This document shows positions 39,401-52,200 of a stretch of DNA of 64,000 nucleotides, piece after piece. The stretch spans positions 434,001 to 498,000 of the forward strand of contig CM052846.1 of the NCBI GenBank assembly GCA_028534125.1. Reading direction: 5' to 3'. The first letter of the stretch is position 1. Each line of letters starts with the position of its first letter. This DNA is from Lama glama (Eukaryota). The translations under genes and the position numbers were made by a program. The notes beneath the pieces were generated by a model, which saw only the letters and a program-made list of their open reading frames with translations, was not told the origin of the DNA and did not search any database.

Positions 39401-41331
39401 GGGCGCGGTGGCCGCCCAGCGATGGGCACCGGGAGCAGGGGTCTGAGTCTGATGCTCCTGCCTCGGAGCCGGGACCTGCCAGTGCCGAGGAGGCCGATAG
39501 GTGCCTTCAGGGCCTGTCGCCCGTGGGAGCAAGATCTGCCATGGGCAGCACCCCCCAGGCCCTGGAGGGCAGGCCAAGCACCGGAGAAACATCGGAGACC
39601 CCGGAGTCAGCACAGTGCACCCGGGGGCCCCACGCCCTGACCCCAGCTGCCTCTGATCAGCCAGAGTTCCACTCTCTCTCTTCACTTTCTACTATTTAAG
39701 GAAATGAAGACCTGTGTGATGCTGGTGTCCAAACTTTGTTTTCGAGCCTGTGCACACAATGTGCTTATTTATGCAGAAATTGTATGTATATATATATATT
39801 TATGTATTCATATATTGCTGTACATATGTGATGACAAAAAGGATAAGATGGAAGTAAGTGAACAAAGACAGGAACTCTGATATCCCTTCCCTTCACTCAA
39901 GGTGACTCTCAGCGCATCCCCGGGGGTGAGGGCCACTGGGGCCCAGTCAGGACAGAAATGTCCAGTCGTCGTTGGCAAAAGGCTCTGGGGGCCCTGGCCT
40001 CGCCGCCTCTCCCTGGGGCGCAGCGGGGGGCTGTCCTTGGCCGCAGACCACTCTGGAGGCTGGCTCGGTGCAGTTGCTATGGAAGGCCCGTCCGAGAGCA
40101 GCTGGTGGCCTTCAACAGTGCTGTCTTTGTGGTGAGGACGAGGACCGTGGCAGTGGTCACAGACCCGCACCACGGATAGTCTCTTGTTTATCAGAAAAGA
40201 CCATTGAAGGGAAATGAACGCAAGACAGTCTTTGTGGGGGAAGAAGCTGAGTGCGGGGACCCCCCGTCCCCGCTGCGTGTGGTCCTCATCTCGAGTCTCC
40301 GCCTCGTCCTCCTGCTGTCACGGCTCTTCTCCAGGGACACCTGCTGCGAGGTGCTGAGGTCCTGGCTTGGAAGGTGCCTGCTCCCCAGAGGGGAGGTCCA
40401 GCTGGGGCAGGGCTGTCGTGAACCCGCAGTGATGCAGACACGGGAAGGAGTAACACAGGAAGCTAGGCAGTGGGAGCGTGTCCCCGCACGTGGTCCCAGC
40501 CTTGGCAGCAGCCGGGACCAGGGGGCCCTCGGGTCTCTGGCTGCAGGAAACACCCTTGGCCACAGCCCTGGCCTCTGCTCTCTGGTGGCCATGGCTGTGT
40601 TGGGCTCGTGGCCACCGAGGGGCCGGTCACGCCTGTTCTGGGGGGACACGGCCTCCTTGAGGGGCGACTTCGGCTTGAGGCTCCCCAGGGTCTTTGCCAA
40701 CCTTCCTTAAAAGGACTCGCCTTCCCAGTCTGCCAGCCTTCCTGCGGCCTCGCCCTCGCGCCCCCCAGGGCCAGAGCTGCACCGCAGTCCAGCCTTTCCG
40801 GCTCCATCCCCACCGTCTCTCCCAGATACTGCACGTCCAGTCCTGTCGTGATGTCTGGGTCTGGACGGGTCCAGGCTGGCTTCGTGCTGCTGGGATGCCG
40901 GACGAGGCATTGCTGCCCACTCCAGCCCCTTCCAGCCTGCACCACCCGCCCCCTCCGCAGAGCCCGGCGGGTCTCCCTGCAGCGCCGGGAGAGCGACGCG
41001 GTCCCAGCACCAGAAGTGTGCGTGTTTGGAGCCTCCTGAACAGAGTGCGGGAAACCCTCCCCAGAGCCTGGGGAACGAGGCACTTTTGTAAGCGGCCCCA
41101 CTCCCCTGTCTCCTCACTTGGGCTTCTGGGTTTTCTTGGCTGATGGTAAAGGGGTTTCCTTTCTCCCTCGACTTGAACCACATCCGTGTGGCAATGCCAC
41201 GCACACCTTCCGCTTCCGTCTCATCTTCCCGGTCTGTGATCTGGGGCACGCTTGCCGTGTGGCTCACCAAGCTGGTTCCACCTTCAGTGACGCTTCTGTT
41301 TTTAGCTGCTGTGGTTGCCTGTCAGCTTCTT

Positions 41332-41494
41332 TCTTTCTTTAATTTTTAATGCATTTTATTTTACAATTTTTTTATTGGAGCACAGTCAGTTACAATGTAT
41401 CAATTTCTGGTGTCCAGCACGATGTCCCAGTCACACACACAGCACAGGGAACTGCATTCAGTACCTTGTGGTGACTTTTAATGGAAACGATCAC
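41332..41494. mobile_element. Very short 5'-inverted L1 3'-end insertion
   Basis: T-rich tail and antisense L1 end, then sense 'agcacagggaactgcattcagtaccttgtggtgacttttaatggaaa' (L1 3' UTR). TSD gcctgtcagcttctt (41317-41331) / gcccgttagcttctt (41495-41509). Confidence 0.8.
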
Positions 41495-41512
41495 GCCCGT
41501 TAGCTTCTTGAA

Positions 41513-41703
41513 CTCGGTTTCCCTAACGTCCCCGTGCCACCGGCACTCTGGGCCCTTCTGGGCTGGGGGGGTGGTCTGCAGGGGGGTGAACTGCATCCCT
41601 GGCCTCTCCCCACAGATGCCAGCAGCACCTCTCCAGCTGTGACAACCAAGCGTCGACAGGTGTCCCCTGGGGGGCACAGCTGCTCCCGGCTGAGCGTCAC
41701 CGC
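41513..41703 (-). mobile_element. MER20 (hAT-Charlie) MITE
   Basis: 'gcatccctggcctctccccacagatgccagcagcacc', 'tgtgacaacca' and 'tgtcccctggggggca' match the reverse complement of MER20. Confidence 0.85.
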
Positions 41704-44349
41704 TCTGTGGTTTTACGCGTCAGGACGGCCCCTGCACCCCGACTGTGTCAGCTGTGCCTCTCAGCCCCTGAGGGGCAGCCTCCTCTTTCATTCCACAGCC
41801 GGCACTGCTCATCTGCCCTGGTTTCAAGTCCGTGAGAAGCTTCTAATTCTCAGTTTGTTTGTCCACTGAAAATTCGGTTTATCCGAAACCTGTAAATCGG
41901 GTCACTGACCGCCTCATCAGTGCTGCGTGCTCGCTCAGGAATGCTCTGCGGGAGCGGCTGACCCGAGGGCCGTGCTTGATAACAACACTGTAGGCACGGG
42001 CTAAGGCTGGTCTCCGGAGGGCTCTGTCTGGAGCGAAACAGAAAGGAAGGGTCTCAAGCCATAACCGCGCTCAGTTTAGCCGGGCTGCCCCTTGCTGAGC
42101 ATGTGCAATTCTTATTGGCCGAGCTGTTTCAGCAGCTTTTCTTCAGGGCAGACTTAGAGTTTACTTCACTCGCTCGAGGGCAGGCAGGGGTGCGAGCGGC
42201 AGCCCGGACCAGGCTCCTATGCACGGACGCTTGAACCTCAGCTAAAATGAAGTGTCTGAAAATTAGTGGGTTGTGAATAGTGTAGCCCGACCCACGAGGA
42301 CGGCGGTGGAGCTTTGAGGTCGATGTAAAAACTGAGCCAGTTTGAAAGAAAAGTTATTTCCTGCAGCCGAGCAGTGAGAGGGGCCCTAAGTGTCTGGGCT
42401 GCTTGGGGGGAGGGGGGTTTGGTGCGGCCGTGTTTATGTACTGGCGTGCACTGTGCAGAGTTTTGTACACACCACAGGTGCGCCCTGTAGTGAGCCGCAG
42501 CTCTGAAGGCTGCACCCGCCGCAGTCCTTGTACAACGGACTGCTTCTTGACGCCAAGGCGGGACCTTTGGCAGGACACTCAGCGTGCCCTGCGTCTGCCC
42601 ACGGCCGTTCTGTGACCGGGACGGCTGGGAGCTCCAGTGCAGAGGATGGGAGCAGACGAGGTGAGCCAGAGTGGAGGTGGCAAAAGCCAGGTGGGAATGT
42701 TTGATGGGTCCCTGCCTCTGCCTCCCCTGTTGGAAGTGACTCACGGGCTGAAGCACCCGGCCCGTGTTCTAGGGGCCAGTGCCTTAGGGCTCCAAGCCTG
42801 CGGCGCAGCCAGAGTGCCGCCTCTGTCAGCCGCTCGGCGGAAAGCCAACCCGGCCCTGTTCAGCCCCGGCCCTGCTCTGGCTTCTCGTTTGCCCGCGGCT
42901 CTGCGGCCCCCTCCGCGGCCACCGCCAGCACTGGAGCCCTGAGGCTCGCCGACACCTGGCGATGTGACCCGTGTCCACGGTGACTTTCTGGCGTCCTGAC
43001 CCGTCCAGGGCACCTGTGCTCCTTGCAGACCGTGCTGTCCGAGCCCCCGACTGCTGTGGGGAGAGCCCTTCCCAGCCCCGGAGGGGCCTGGCGCGAGAGG
43101 ACGGACGCTTTGGCATTCTGAGTCGTATTTCCTTCCCACCGTCAGCTGACCCTGCTGGCCTGATTTCTCTGCTGCTGGGTTGTTGACGACAATAATTTTA
43201 GAAGCTAAACTGTTAATTCCTGCGGCCTGGCTCGCTGATTAGGGCCCTTTCACGAGCCCCACTTGTAAACGCCAACTGTGGTGTAGGTGAAACTGCATAG
43301 GCAGCGGTTCATTCTTCAAGGTCACACCTGCCAGGGCGTCTGGCCAGCGCCCACTCTGAACCAGGCACCGCAGCCTCGGGACAGGAGCCTGAGCCAGGGC
43401 CACTCGGAAAGGGCTGCCCTGGGAACACAGCCACTGAGCTGTGCCCTCCCCAGCGTGAGTGGGTCTTTCAATGGGAGAGTCCGCCGTGTGGAAGCATCCT
43501 GGGCAGGCGGGCCGGCCGCACAGGAGACAGCCAACGGCCCGTGTTCCCTTGGGCACCTTCCGAACCTTCCGTGACTTAGGTGGGAGCTGCTGTGGTGGAT
43601 CGTGGGCGGAGGTTCACGGAGGAGCGTCGTCAGAGGAAGTCTCCGGGGATCTCAAGGCAATCTCAGTGCAAATGCTGAACAGCACTGCCACACTGCCACA
43701 CTGCGGAGTCAGGAGGGGGTCTTGGGGAGCACAGCCTCCTTCTGTCCGTCTGTCCTGTTGTCCTGACTGGGTGGTGGGAGGTGGTGCCACACAAGGCTGG
43801 GGGGGCCCAGCCAGCCCCAGCCCCCACGACCACAGCCAGCCGCTCCTCCCTGCCCGCTTCCGTGTGCCAGGTGTGTCCAGCACCAAGGGACCAGGCTGCC
43901 GACCCGGGCAGGTGAGGTCTGTGGTGCAGATCTAGGGGAGGTGACTCTTGACAGCCCTCTGGGAGTCCCTGTTCTCTCTCTGTGTGATTAGGGGGCTGGG
44001 GCCAGTTCCCTGCTGGGCCAGAGAGAGCGTCACTCACAGCAGCCCCGACCCTCATCTGACGCCCGTGGGCTGAACTCACAGGGTGCCGCAGGGCTCAGCT
44101 GGGCAGGGCTGCCGACCCGACCTGAAGGCGCCTCTCTCCCAGGACGTGGGCCCCTTCTAAGCCTGCCTCACCCTCTCCCGTGGGGAACCGGGGCTGGAAA
44201 TCTCCCTGGACCACTACGCTGAAGGTGGACGCAGAGGCCAGAGAGCGAGGAAAGCAGGGATTAACCCCCGAGGCCCAGCCCAGATGCCTTCTTCTCCAAG
44301 CAGCCTCTGGGCACTTCACCCAGGAAGCAGCTCTTCCCTCCTGACCTGC

Positions 44350-44530
44350 CAGCGTTGGTTCTCAGCCTTGTCTGCGCTTTGGGACCACCTGGGGGCAGCT
44401 GCAGATCAGCCCAGACGCCCCTCAGGCCCTGCTCCCTGAGACTCTGATGTAAGTGGTCAGGGCTCAGCGTCAGATGTTCGGATTTTATAAAACGTCCCCT
44501 GGTGACCTTGATTCTGGCCGAGGCTCATCT
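44350..44530. mobile_element. MER5-family (hAT-Charlie) MITE
   Basis: 'ggttctcagccttg', 'accacctgggg', 'gagactctgat' and 'cccctggtgaccttgat'. Confidence 0.65.
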
Positions 44531-46424
44531 GGGATTTTAATGGTTTACCGTCTTGATGGCCACTTATAAGAGTGTCTTTACTTTGTCTCTGTGATCAGGG
44601 AGTGAACTCCTGGGGGGTCAGGAGTCTCCTGTTCCCCAAGAGTGAGCTGCGTGGGGCCGCCGAGGGGCCGCCAAGGGGCTGCAGGGCCCGGACCCCAGCC
44701 TCTGTTCTCTCACCGCAGCGCCCGCTGTGTGACCTTGGGCGGGTCACTGGGCTGTTCTCAGCCTCAAGGGTCTTCTTTACAAAAGCAGTTTGCACTAGAG
44801 GACCCGTAAGGTGCCGGCGGCTCTGATGTTTTGTGATTCTAATGGGCACTCGGAGAGCAGGGCCTGATGGCGTTGGCCCAGCCTTGAGGCCGTGTTTGAC
44901 CGGCTCTGGCCTGCCTCCACCACCCCCGCTTCACAGGGTGAGTGCTGGCGCCTTCTCCTCTGAAGACGCGTCTCCTCGGCCGGAGGTCAGCCTCTCGTTG
45001 CGCTTTCCCACCACGCCTTCTCCGGTCCCCGTGTTGCCCGGTCCGCGCTGCGGCAGGCAGTCCCTCCAGCCCTCCGAGCCGCTGGCCTGGCTTCAGGAGG
45101 AGGGCTTCTCTGTCCCGAGTCCCACCCTGTGGAGGGATGGGAGAAGCGGGCCCACTTTCTGAATCCAGGTTCTCGAGTTTATGGAGGAGAGCGGGAGAAG
45201 GATGCTAGTGCAGGAACCAAGAAGTCAGTGCGGGAAGCCTGCTGGGCGTGGAGGGAGGGGTGGGCGCCTGGGGCCCCATGGGAGCACGTAACGAGTCCAG
45301 GGGAAGGCGCACACCGGCGGTGGAGATGCGCACAGGACCGGGTCGCCGGCCCCCGCCCCAGCGCAGAGCGATGGCTGTAGCTTTTGCACAGGCCGGCTGA
45401 ATGGCGACTGTTCTGCCTGGGGTGCCAGGGTCAAGGTTTTTTGCTCCTGTGGTTCAGGCAACGCCCTGAGTGGCCTCTTGCAGCAACCGCCGCGTCCGCT
45501 GGCTGGAGGAGGGCCGGCCCCACCTCCTCCTGCCTTCTGCCGGCCTCCGGCCTCCGTCCCCTTCCTGGTCTTGTCCTCCCACCCAGTTCTCCCAGGAACG
45601 CAGCTGAAACAAAACAAAACTCAACCTAACATCCTGCTGACCCGTCCACACGGTTCCTGAGGGGTCGTGATGACAGGGCTGGTGGAGGAAAAGGCAAAGA
45701 CGGGCCGCCTCCTGCCGCAGAGGGAGCTGGAGGCTTTGGGGGGTGAGCCCGAGTTAGGGGGACGCTAACAGTGTCCTGACTGTCTCCGCGCTTCCAGATG
45801 GGCGGCTCATGCTGGTAAGACGCTTGTGTTCAGGGCAAACAGCAGCCCTGAGCCCAAGGGGAGACCTGGCGCCACCTTCGCGTCGACAGGCGGCAGCCCC
45901 CGGGCCGGCGGGCTCGCCGGAGGGAAGCCAGCGCTGGCGGGCAGTGTCGGTCCCTGCGGGGAAGGCGGCTGAGGCAGGAATTCAGCCTCCGGTCACGGTG
46001 CCTCCGGGGACGGGCTCCACGTGGCCTTCGTGGGTGGGGAGGTGGCAGTTAGAGCGCTTCCTAACTGGGAGCGTCCGTCCCCAGTTAGAGCAGCCGGGGA
46101 GGTTGTGTTCCCTTCCTTCGGGGCTCGGTTCACACCAGTTGTGGCTCAAGTCCGTCACGGGCAGACGTCCACCAGGGGGATGAGAAACGCAGTAGGTGGA
46201 CAGTGTGTGACCGGGGCCAGACTGACGGGGCCAAGTCCGCGGTGCCAGCGAAAGGGTGTGGGTGAAAGCAGTGGGGGCGAAGGGCAGGTGGGTGAAGCGG
46301 CAGAGAGCAGAGGGACTGGGCGGCGGGGTGGGGTGTGGCTGTGCCCCCGTGGACGGTGGGGAGTCGAGGTGACACTGAATCGTAATCTGAACCTTGTCTC
46401 AGCGTCCCGTGCCTGGGCTCCCTG

Positions 46425-46877
46425 TGTAACGAGCAGGACCCTGCGGGGCCTCCCTGGACAGGCACCCCCTCCGTAGCCTCTGCGTCAGCGCCTCTCTGAA
46501 GTCCCTGGAGAACAGTACCTCCTGAGTTGTCTCACAGGAGCTCAAACGCCTGCCAAATGGAAGAAATCAACTACTTAGGGACCAGGAGCACCTACCCCCG
46601 GACCTGCTGACGCCTAAGGGTGGATACGGTTAACCCAGCGGCCATCAGCCGACAGGGAACTGTGCACCAGCTGGTCCCTCACGCCGGGGCCCCTCCCGCA
46701 CCTGGCCTGTAAAGCTGCCTCCCGGAAACCCAGGGCGAGTTCGCGTGTTCGGAGCGCTGGGCGCCTGGGCTCCTTGCCTGGCACCTGCAGTGGCCACTGC
46801 GCTTTCCTTCACTGCGACCCGCATCCGTGGCCTGGCTTCACTGTGCGGCGGGCAGACCCCGGTTTGGTTCGATGACG
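46425..46877 (+). mobile_element. Solo ERV1-type LTR (about 453 bp), degraded
   Basis: Starts TGTAACGAGCAGGACCCTG. Contains 'ccaaatggaagaaatcaactactt' and 'gctttccttcac', and ends 'gtttggttcgatgacg', as in recalled cetartiodactyl ERV1 LTRs ending GTTTGGTTCGGTAACA. Possible 4-bp TSD cctg/ctcg. Confidence 0.75.
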
Positions 46878-49256
46878 CTCGCAGGAGCTCTGCCTGTGGC
46901 CACAGCTCAGCCTCTCGAGAAAAGCAGGGGCTACCCTGGGAGGATGCCCTGTCCCCGGTCAGGGTCAGTCACCTCTCTGCCCAGAGGGGCTTCCTGCCCC
47001 TTCTCTGCAGGGCACTGTCTTCAGCACAGTTTCCCACTCAAAAGATATTTCTTCCTACTCAGATGTGAGGCTCTTAACAGACGTATAAAAGGTGAGGTCA
47101 CTTTCTCACCTTCCCAGAGAAGGAGCCCTGGGGTTGGTGAGGCCAAGCGTCCTCTCTAAGGCTGCGCAACATGGCGGAGGACTCGCTGCCCTGGCCTTGG
47201 CGCCCACGCTGTTCCTGTTGCCCGTGTGCGGCTGCGCCAGCTCCATCCGTCTCCTGACTCCCTCAGGGGTGTCTCAACCTTTCTTAGTCTGTCTCATGTA
47301 AGGTCCCTGTTGGCCATTTTTGCTTCTGTATTTTAATGATTTGGACTAATTTCCACTTTATTTTTGTATTTGTTTTAACACAATCACTTACAATGAGGCT
47401 AATGACATTTTGTCTCCATGGTGGTGCATTTTAATTTGGTCTCGGAAATGTCAGCGTGATCGGGCAATTTGGTATCTCGGAAACACAACACAGGCAGGGC
47501 GACAGGCTCCCTCCGCCCCTCCGTCTCCTTGTTACCTGCCGGCCCCTGGGGCCGTCCGCCCAACGCGGCCACGGCTCAGCGCCGGCGGGATGGAGACAGC
47601 AGCGAGGCGTCGCCAGGACAGAGGCCCTTCCCAGCGTGCACAGCGGACCCGATGAGTCAGGCCTCAGCGCCCGCGCGCGGCGTGCAAGGTGGAGGCGGGC
47701 AGTGCTCTCCGGGGGGCATGTTTGTGCCTCCCGTTGTCTCCCTCCATGCCAGAGCTTCCTCTCACTTCCCCGTTCCGGGAGACTGGCCGCTGACTCTTTG
47801 CTGTGAAGGAGATATTTCAGGCGTCGCGGGCCACACGAGGCCTCTATCTCAGGCTCTTCTTTCACAGCCCGTTAGAAATGTGAGAGACGCTCTTAGCTTG
47901 TAAGCCATGTGAACTGCCAGGCAACCTTGGATCTGAGGGTGTTTGGGAAGCGTGTTTGGGCATTTGGATCGGAGGGTTGAATCCCACTTCCTGCAGCGCG
48001 AGGTCACCGCAGCATCTGCTCTGCAGAGCGGAGCCCCGGCGAGCGGCCTGGGCGAGGCTGGGGGAGGGCGGACTCTCTGATGGCTGAGCGTCGGCAGGTG
48101 TCCACTTTGCCTTTGCTCTGACTGTGGAACTCTGGGCTTGGCGGGTTTCCATGTCGTCCCACGCTTGTCTGAAAGCCGTCAGTGTTCGGTCTGAGCTCGG
48201 GGCTCTCGCTCTAGACCACCTGCCCTGCCCCCGGCCGCCCAGCGCCCCCTCCCCGATGAGCCTCCTCTCCGCCTGCTCAGGCCCTGGAAGGACAGGGCTG
48301 CGCTCTTGGCTCTGAGAGCTGCCGCGTTTCTCTCTCTTCGGCACCAAGGCTCGTTGCCTGGAAGCTCATCTTTGAGGAGGAGCCGCAGCAGTGGAGAAAT
48401 CTTCGGGGCAGGCCGGGGAAACTCCGGCCCCACCCCGACGCGGCCTGGGTCCCAGGAGCCGCCTCTCACAGGCTTCGATTTAGAAGCCCCTTTGTCAGAT
48501 GCTTTGCCAGCCACTTTATCTTTCTAACGCAGCGATCAGCGGGCAGTGGGATATATTTCACTTTTAATAAGGTGTTGCCAGTCGCACACTCTGTGGAGCA
48601 ATTAGTGTCAAAGCGCTAAGGGATGGCGGGGGCTGGGGCTGGGTGTTTACAGACGGGCAGGATTTACAGCCGGGTTCAGAGGAGCCGTGGCCACAACGTG
48701 GTGGGCGGGGGAGATGCTGACCAGCTGAGGTGACGTCCACTGGCCTGCGTGTCTCTGAGCTCTCGCGGCAGGCCCCCGACGGTGCTGTGGTGTCTGCTCG
48801 GGCGGCTGGGGGACCTGATGGTCCTCACGGAGATCCGAGTTTCCATCTCAACTCTGCCACTCACACTTGACTCCGAGCAGACGTATTCCCGTGAGACTCA
48901 TTTTCCACAGCTTTAAAGAGAGATGAAAAAATCAGCGAGTCTAGAATGTGGAGGAGGCTCTCTGCGGATTCTAGCCCTCAGGCCCGGCTGGGCTCTTCCG
49001 CAGTGTGTCACGCCCGCCCGGTCCGTGCCATCAAGGCTGCGGCCAGGTTTCCCAGTCGGCCTGGTTTGCCCAGAACAGCCCTGGCTTTAGGACCGGGAGC
49101 CCTGCGCCCAGGGCCCGTCCAGCCCAGGTGGACCGGGACGCTGGTCACCCTGATCTCGTCTGGAAGTGTCCCCCCCAGCGGGGGCGGGCTCAGTGTAGCT
49201 CAGCACTCAGACCAGGAGCTGTGGCCGTGTGCGCCCAGCACACAGCACAGGCACAC

Positions 49257-49276
49257 GGGGGGGGGGGGGGGGGGGG
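49257..49276 (+). repeat. G20 homopolymer
   Basis: 20 consecutive G. Long C runs also occur at about 49519-49531 and 51979-51991. Confidence 0.95.
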
Positions 49277-52200
49277 CTGGTCAGCAGTGACGGGCCCGAG
49301 GATGTGGACAGAAGTCAGGGGATCTGGCCCAGAGTTCTCAGGTCAGTTTCTTCTCTGAGCAGGGTGTTACTAGGTTGACCCTCGGGAGGGAGAACAGGCA
49401 CCTGTGTGTGTGTCCGTGTGTGCATGTTTCCCGCTTGCTTCCGTGTGCTGTGGGCGTGTCCGTGGAATCACACACACCTGTGAGCTGCCGCGCCGCAGCT
49501 GCCCAAGGCCCGCGGGCACCCCCCCCCCCCCGGACGGGGAGTGCGGGTCACGCCCTCAGCGCCGTTCCGGGCGGGGCAGGGGTGGCGCTTCCCCCGACTC
49601 GGGGGGCCTGTGCCCCAGTTGGGAAGAGAAGCAGCAGGGCACCCCACCTGGCCAGGGCAGCCGGCCCCTGGTGCTCCCGTGGCCCGTGGCAGGCACGGGC
49701 CGGTCTTCCACACGTGGCAGATTAGGAAACAGACAGAGGAAAGTTAAAGAAAACCACAGGTCAGCTGTTGATCAGGGTTCAAGCCGCGGTCTCGAGTCCG
49801 GAGGGGGCAAGCTCCCGCCCGCTGTGTGGTTTACAGTCCACGACCAGACGCGGACGCCGAGCGGGGCGGAGCCTGGGGGTCAGGGGAGGTGGGGAGGAGG
49901 ACGCCGCGCCGGTGAAGAGACGCGGACGCCGGGCTCTCGGGACAGGTGGAGCGGCTCCCGCAGGAAGGGCAGGTAGGGTGCCCGGGGGGCTGGGGGCCGG
50001 CTGGAGCCCGTGCCGGGCAGGCACCTGGTGGGCGAGGGAGGAAGGGCGGCTGGCTTCTCTGAGGCCCAGGGTGCCCGGTCCAGGGGTCACTGACCGCTGG
50101 GGAGAGGGCACGGGCCCGCGAGCCTCAGGCTGGGCCTGGTGCTGGAGCTCCCTGGGAGCCCCCTTTCCGTCCCTGGGGGGGTGGGGGTGTGTGTGGAGGG
50201 TAGTTCTTCCCAGTAGCTCCTCATCTAGCCGGGGTGGGGGGCGGCCTCACTGGGTTACTGTTAATGCTGTGGGAACGTCGTCTTTTTCTTAAATTACAAA
50301 GCCAGCTTTACTGGACACCATATTTAAACCGTTGTTTCAAGTATTTCCTGAGCACCTGCTTCATTTGTGTTCTGTGGGGGACCATATGCCAGTGTAAAAG
50401 GTCATGTAATTAACTTCGACCAAAAAGCATAAACTAGCCGATACTTGGGGAATTTTGACAGAGTTACGAATCCCGGCGTGGGTTTGGACGGCCCAGGCTG
50501 TGTGGCACGGGGAGGGGGGCGGGGGTCTCCAAGGAAGCCTGCGGGGAGGTGACCCCCACCTGCCCCGGGTGCGCATGGCTCCCGTGACCACCGGCTGCCT
50601 GTGGGAGCCCCTGGGGCTCTCCTCCCCCGTGCCGCGCCCTTGGACCAGATCCCTGCAGAGGGCGAGGGTCTCCCTGCAGAGTCTGTAGGCCTCTGTGTCC
50701 AGCAGGAGGAACGGGGCTCCCAGGGCCCTCTGTCCAGTTCAGGGCTCGGTGGGGCGGAGCTGGAGTTCTCACCGGCCTGCGAGGACGGTCCCAGGTCCAC
50801 GCGCCGGCCCCCACCCATCTGTGGTCCTGGGGGCCTCTGGGTGGCCGTCTCTGCAGCCGCCCCCCTGCCCCCCAGACCCCCCCTCTCTTCTCTCACCTTC
50901 TTTCTCAGTTCAGTTAAGTCCCCGTCTGTCTCTGGGCTTGTTCTCAAATTCGGAGGTTTCTATTTTCACACCTTGGTAATTGGTGCTATCTGTTGAAAGT
51001 AGCTCTGGAACTCAGCCTGCTGGGGTCGGGAGGAGCTGGACTGAATTAAAGGGAGTAGAAATTGGCGAAGCGGGAGGTGGACCTGAGCGGTGTGATTTCT
51101 CTCCTCCAGGCGGCCGGCGGCCTGAGCCTTCGGGGCTGGCCGCGGGCTCCTGGCTTTGTTCGCTCCTTGGTGGGCGCCCCGCGCAGGGGGAGGGGGCAGT
51201 GGGGGGAGTGAGGCTCCTGCCTGGCCTCCCCCAGCCTGGGAGTGGCACTGAGCAGCCAGAAAAAAAAGTCATGTCAGTGAAATGACACTGGAGCGACTGA
51301 ACATGGAAAACAGCCCCTGTTTTAGCAGCATAGTGTTGGGGAGAGGGGCTGACAGGGGCCAGAGTCTCTTGGCGACAGCAGCCAGTCCAGCCCCAGGTCA
51401 TGGCTGAGCGGCGGCCACGGCGAGGCGGGTCCGGACCCTGATTTGGGCTCCCGGATGCGGGGGAGCAGGAGTCTGCTGTTTCTCCTCTGAGGTTACGAAT
51501 GGATCGATCCTTCGGCTTTAGACAAATTACTTTTTTCTGCCAACGTTGTCGACAATCTGTTTTTGATCTCGTGGGAGATTTTCCAGGGCTGGAGGTAACC
51601 CGTCCACTCCAGGCCGCGGGTGTGGGGCCCTTGTCCAAGGCTGTGAGACACTTGTGCTCACCCCAGTGCGTCGCTGGGTCTGCCTCCCGGATGGGGGCGA
51701 TCTTTGGGTGTGATTCTCAAAGAATCTCAAAGAATGCACTTCTCTTGGGGCCGTGGAAAGTCCAAGGCCGTGAACTTCCGCTGTGGCCGGAGTTCGTGTT
51801 CCCGTCCCGCACACCGAGGGCGGGGCGTCGTGAAAATGTACACACATGTGCAAGTTCTGGTTAGGATTATATCACACGTTGATGGTAGCAGATTTGGATA
51901 GCGGGAGAAAACGCGAACAGAACAGCAGTGTTTTCTGGACTGTTCGGACGGCTGATAGAACTCATAGAAGGATACTCGCCCCCCCCCCCCCGCGATGTGC
52001 TGGCTCCAGAAGCCTCTCTCCACCTCCTGCCAAAGCTGGCGTGATTCCGGTCCAGCAGAAATGTTGGCGTCCGGAGGGGCTGGCTGCTCTTTGCTCAGTG
52101 ACTGTGGCGGACAGCGGTGGTCACGTGCGTCTGAGGCTGAGTGCCGGCCCTCCCATTGCTGGCTGGGGTCTGCGGGCGTGGATGAGCGCAGGGCTGGCCG

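Noticed and set aside
40191-41270. Stack of overlapping 150-210 aa ORFs on both strands
   Set aside because: Pro/Gly/Arg/Ser-rich with no recognisable domain. Stops are rare at this GC content. It may be a decayed LINE 5' region, but I could not assign it.
50909-50975. Possible exon after a long pyrimidine tract
   Set aside because: The acceptor is good but the donor is weak (TG|GTAATT) and the peptide is unrecognisable.
51716-51735. Micro-duplications (tctcaaagaa x2; also at about 2905, 6587, 43683 and 61922)
   Set aside because: Ordinary slippage duplications with no evidence of function.
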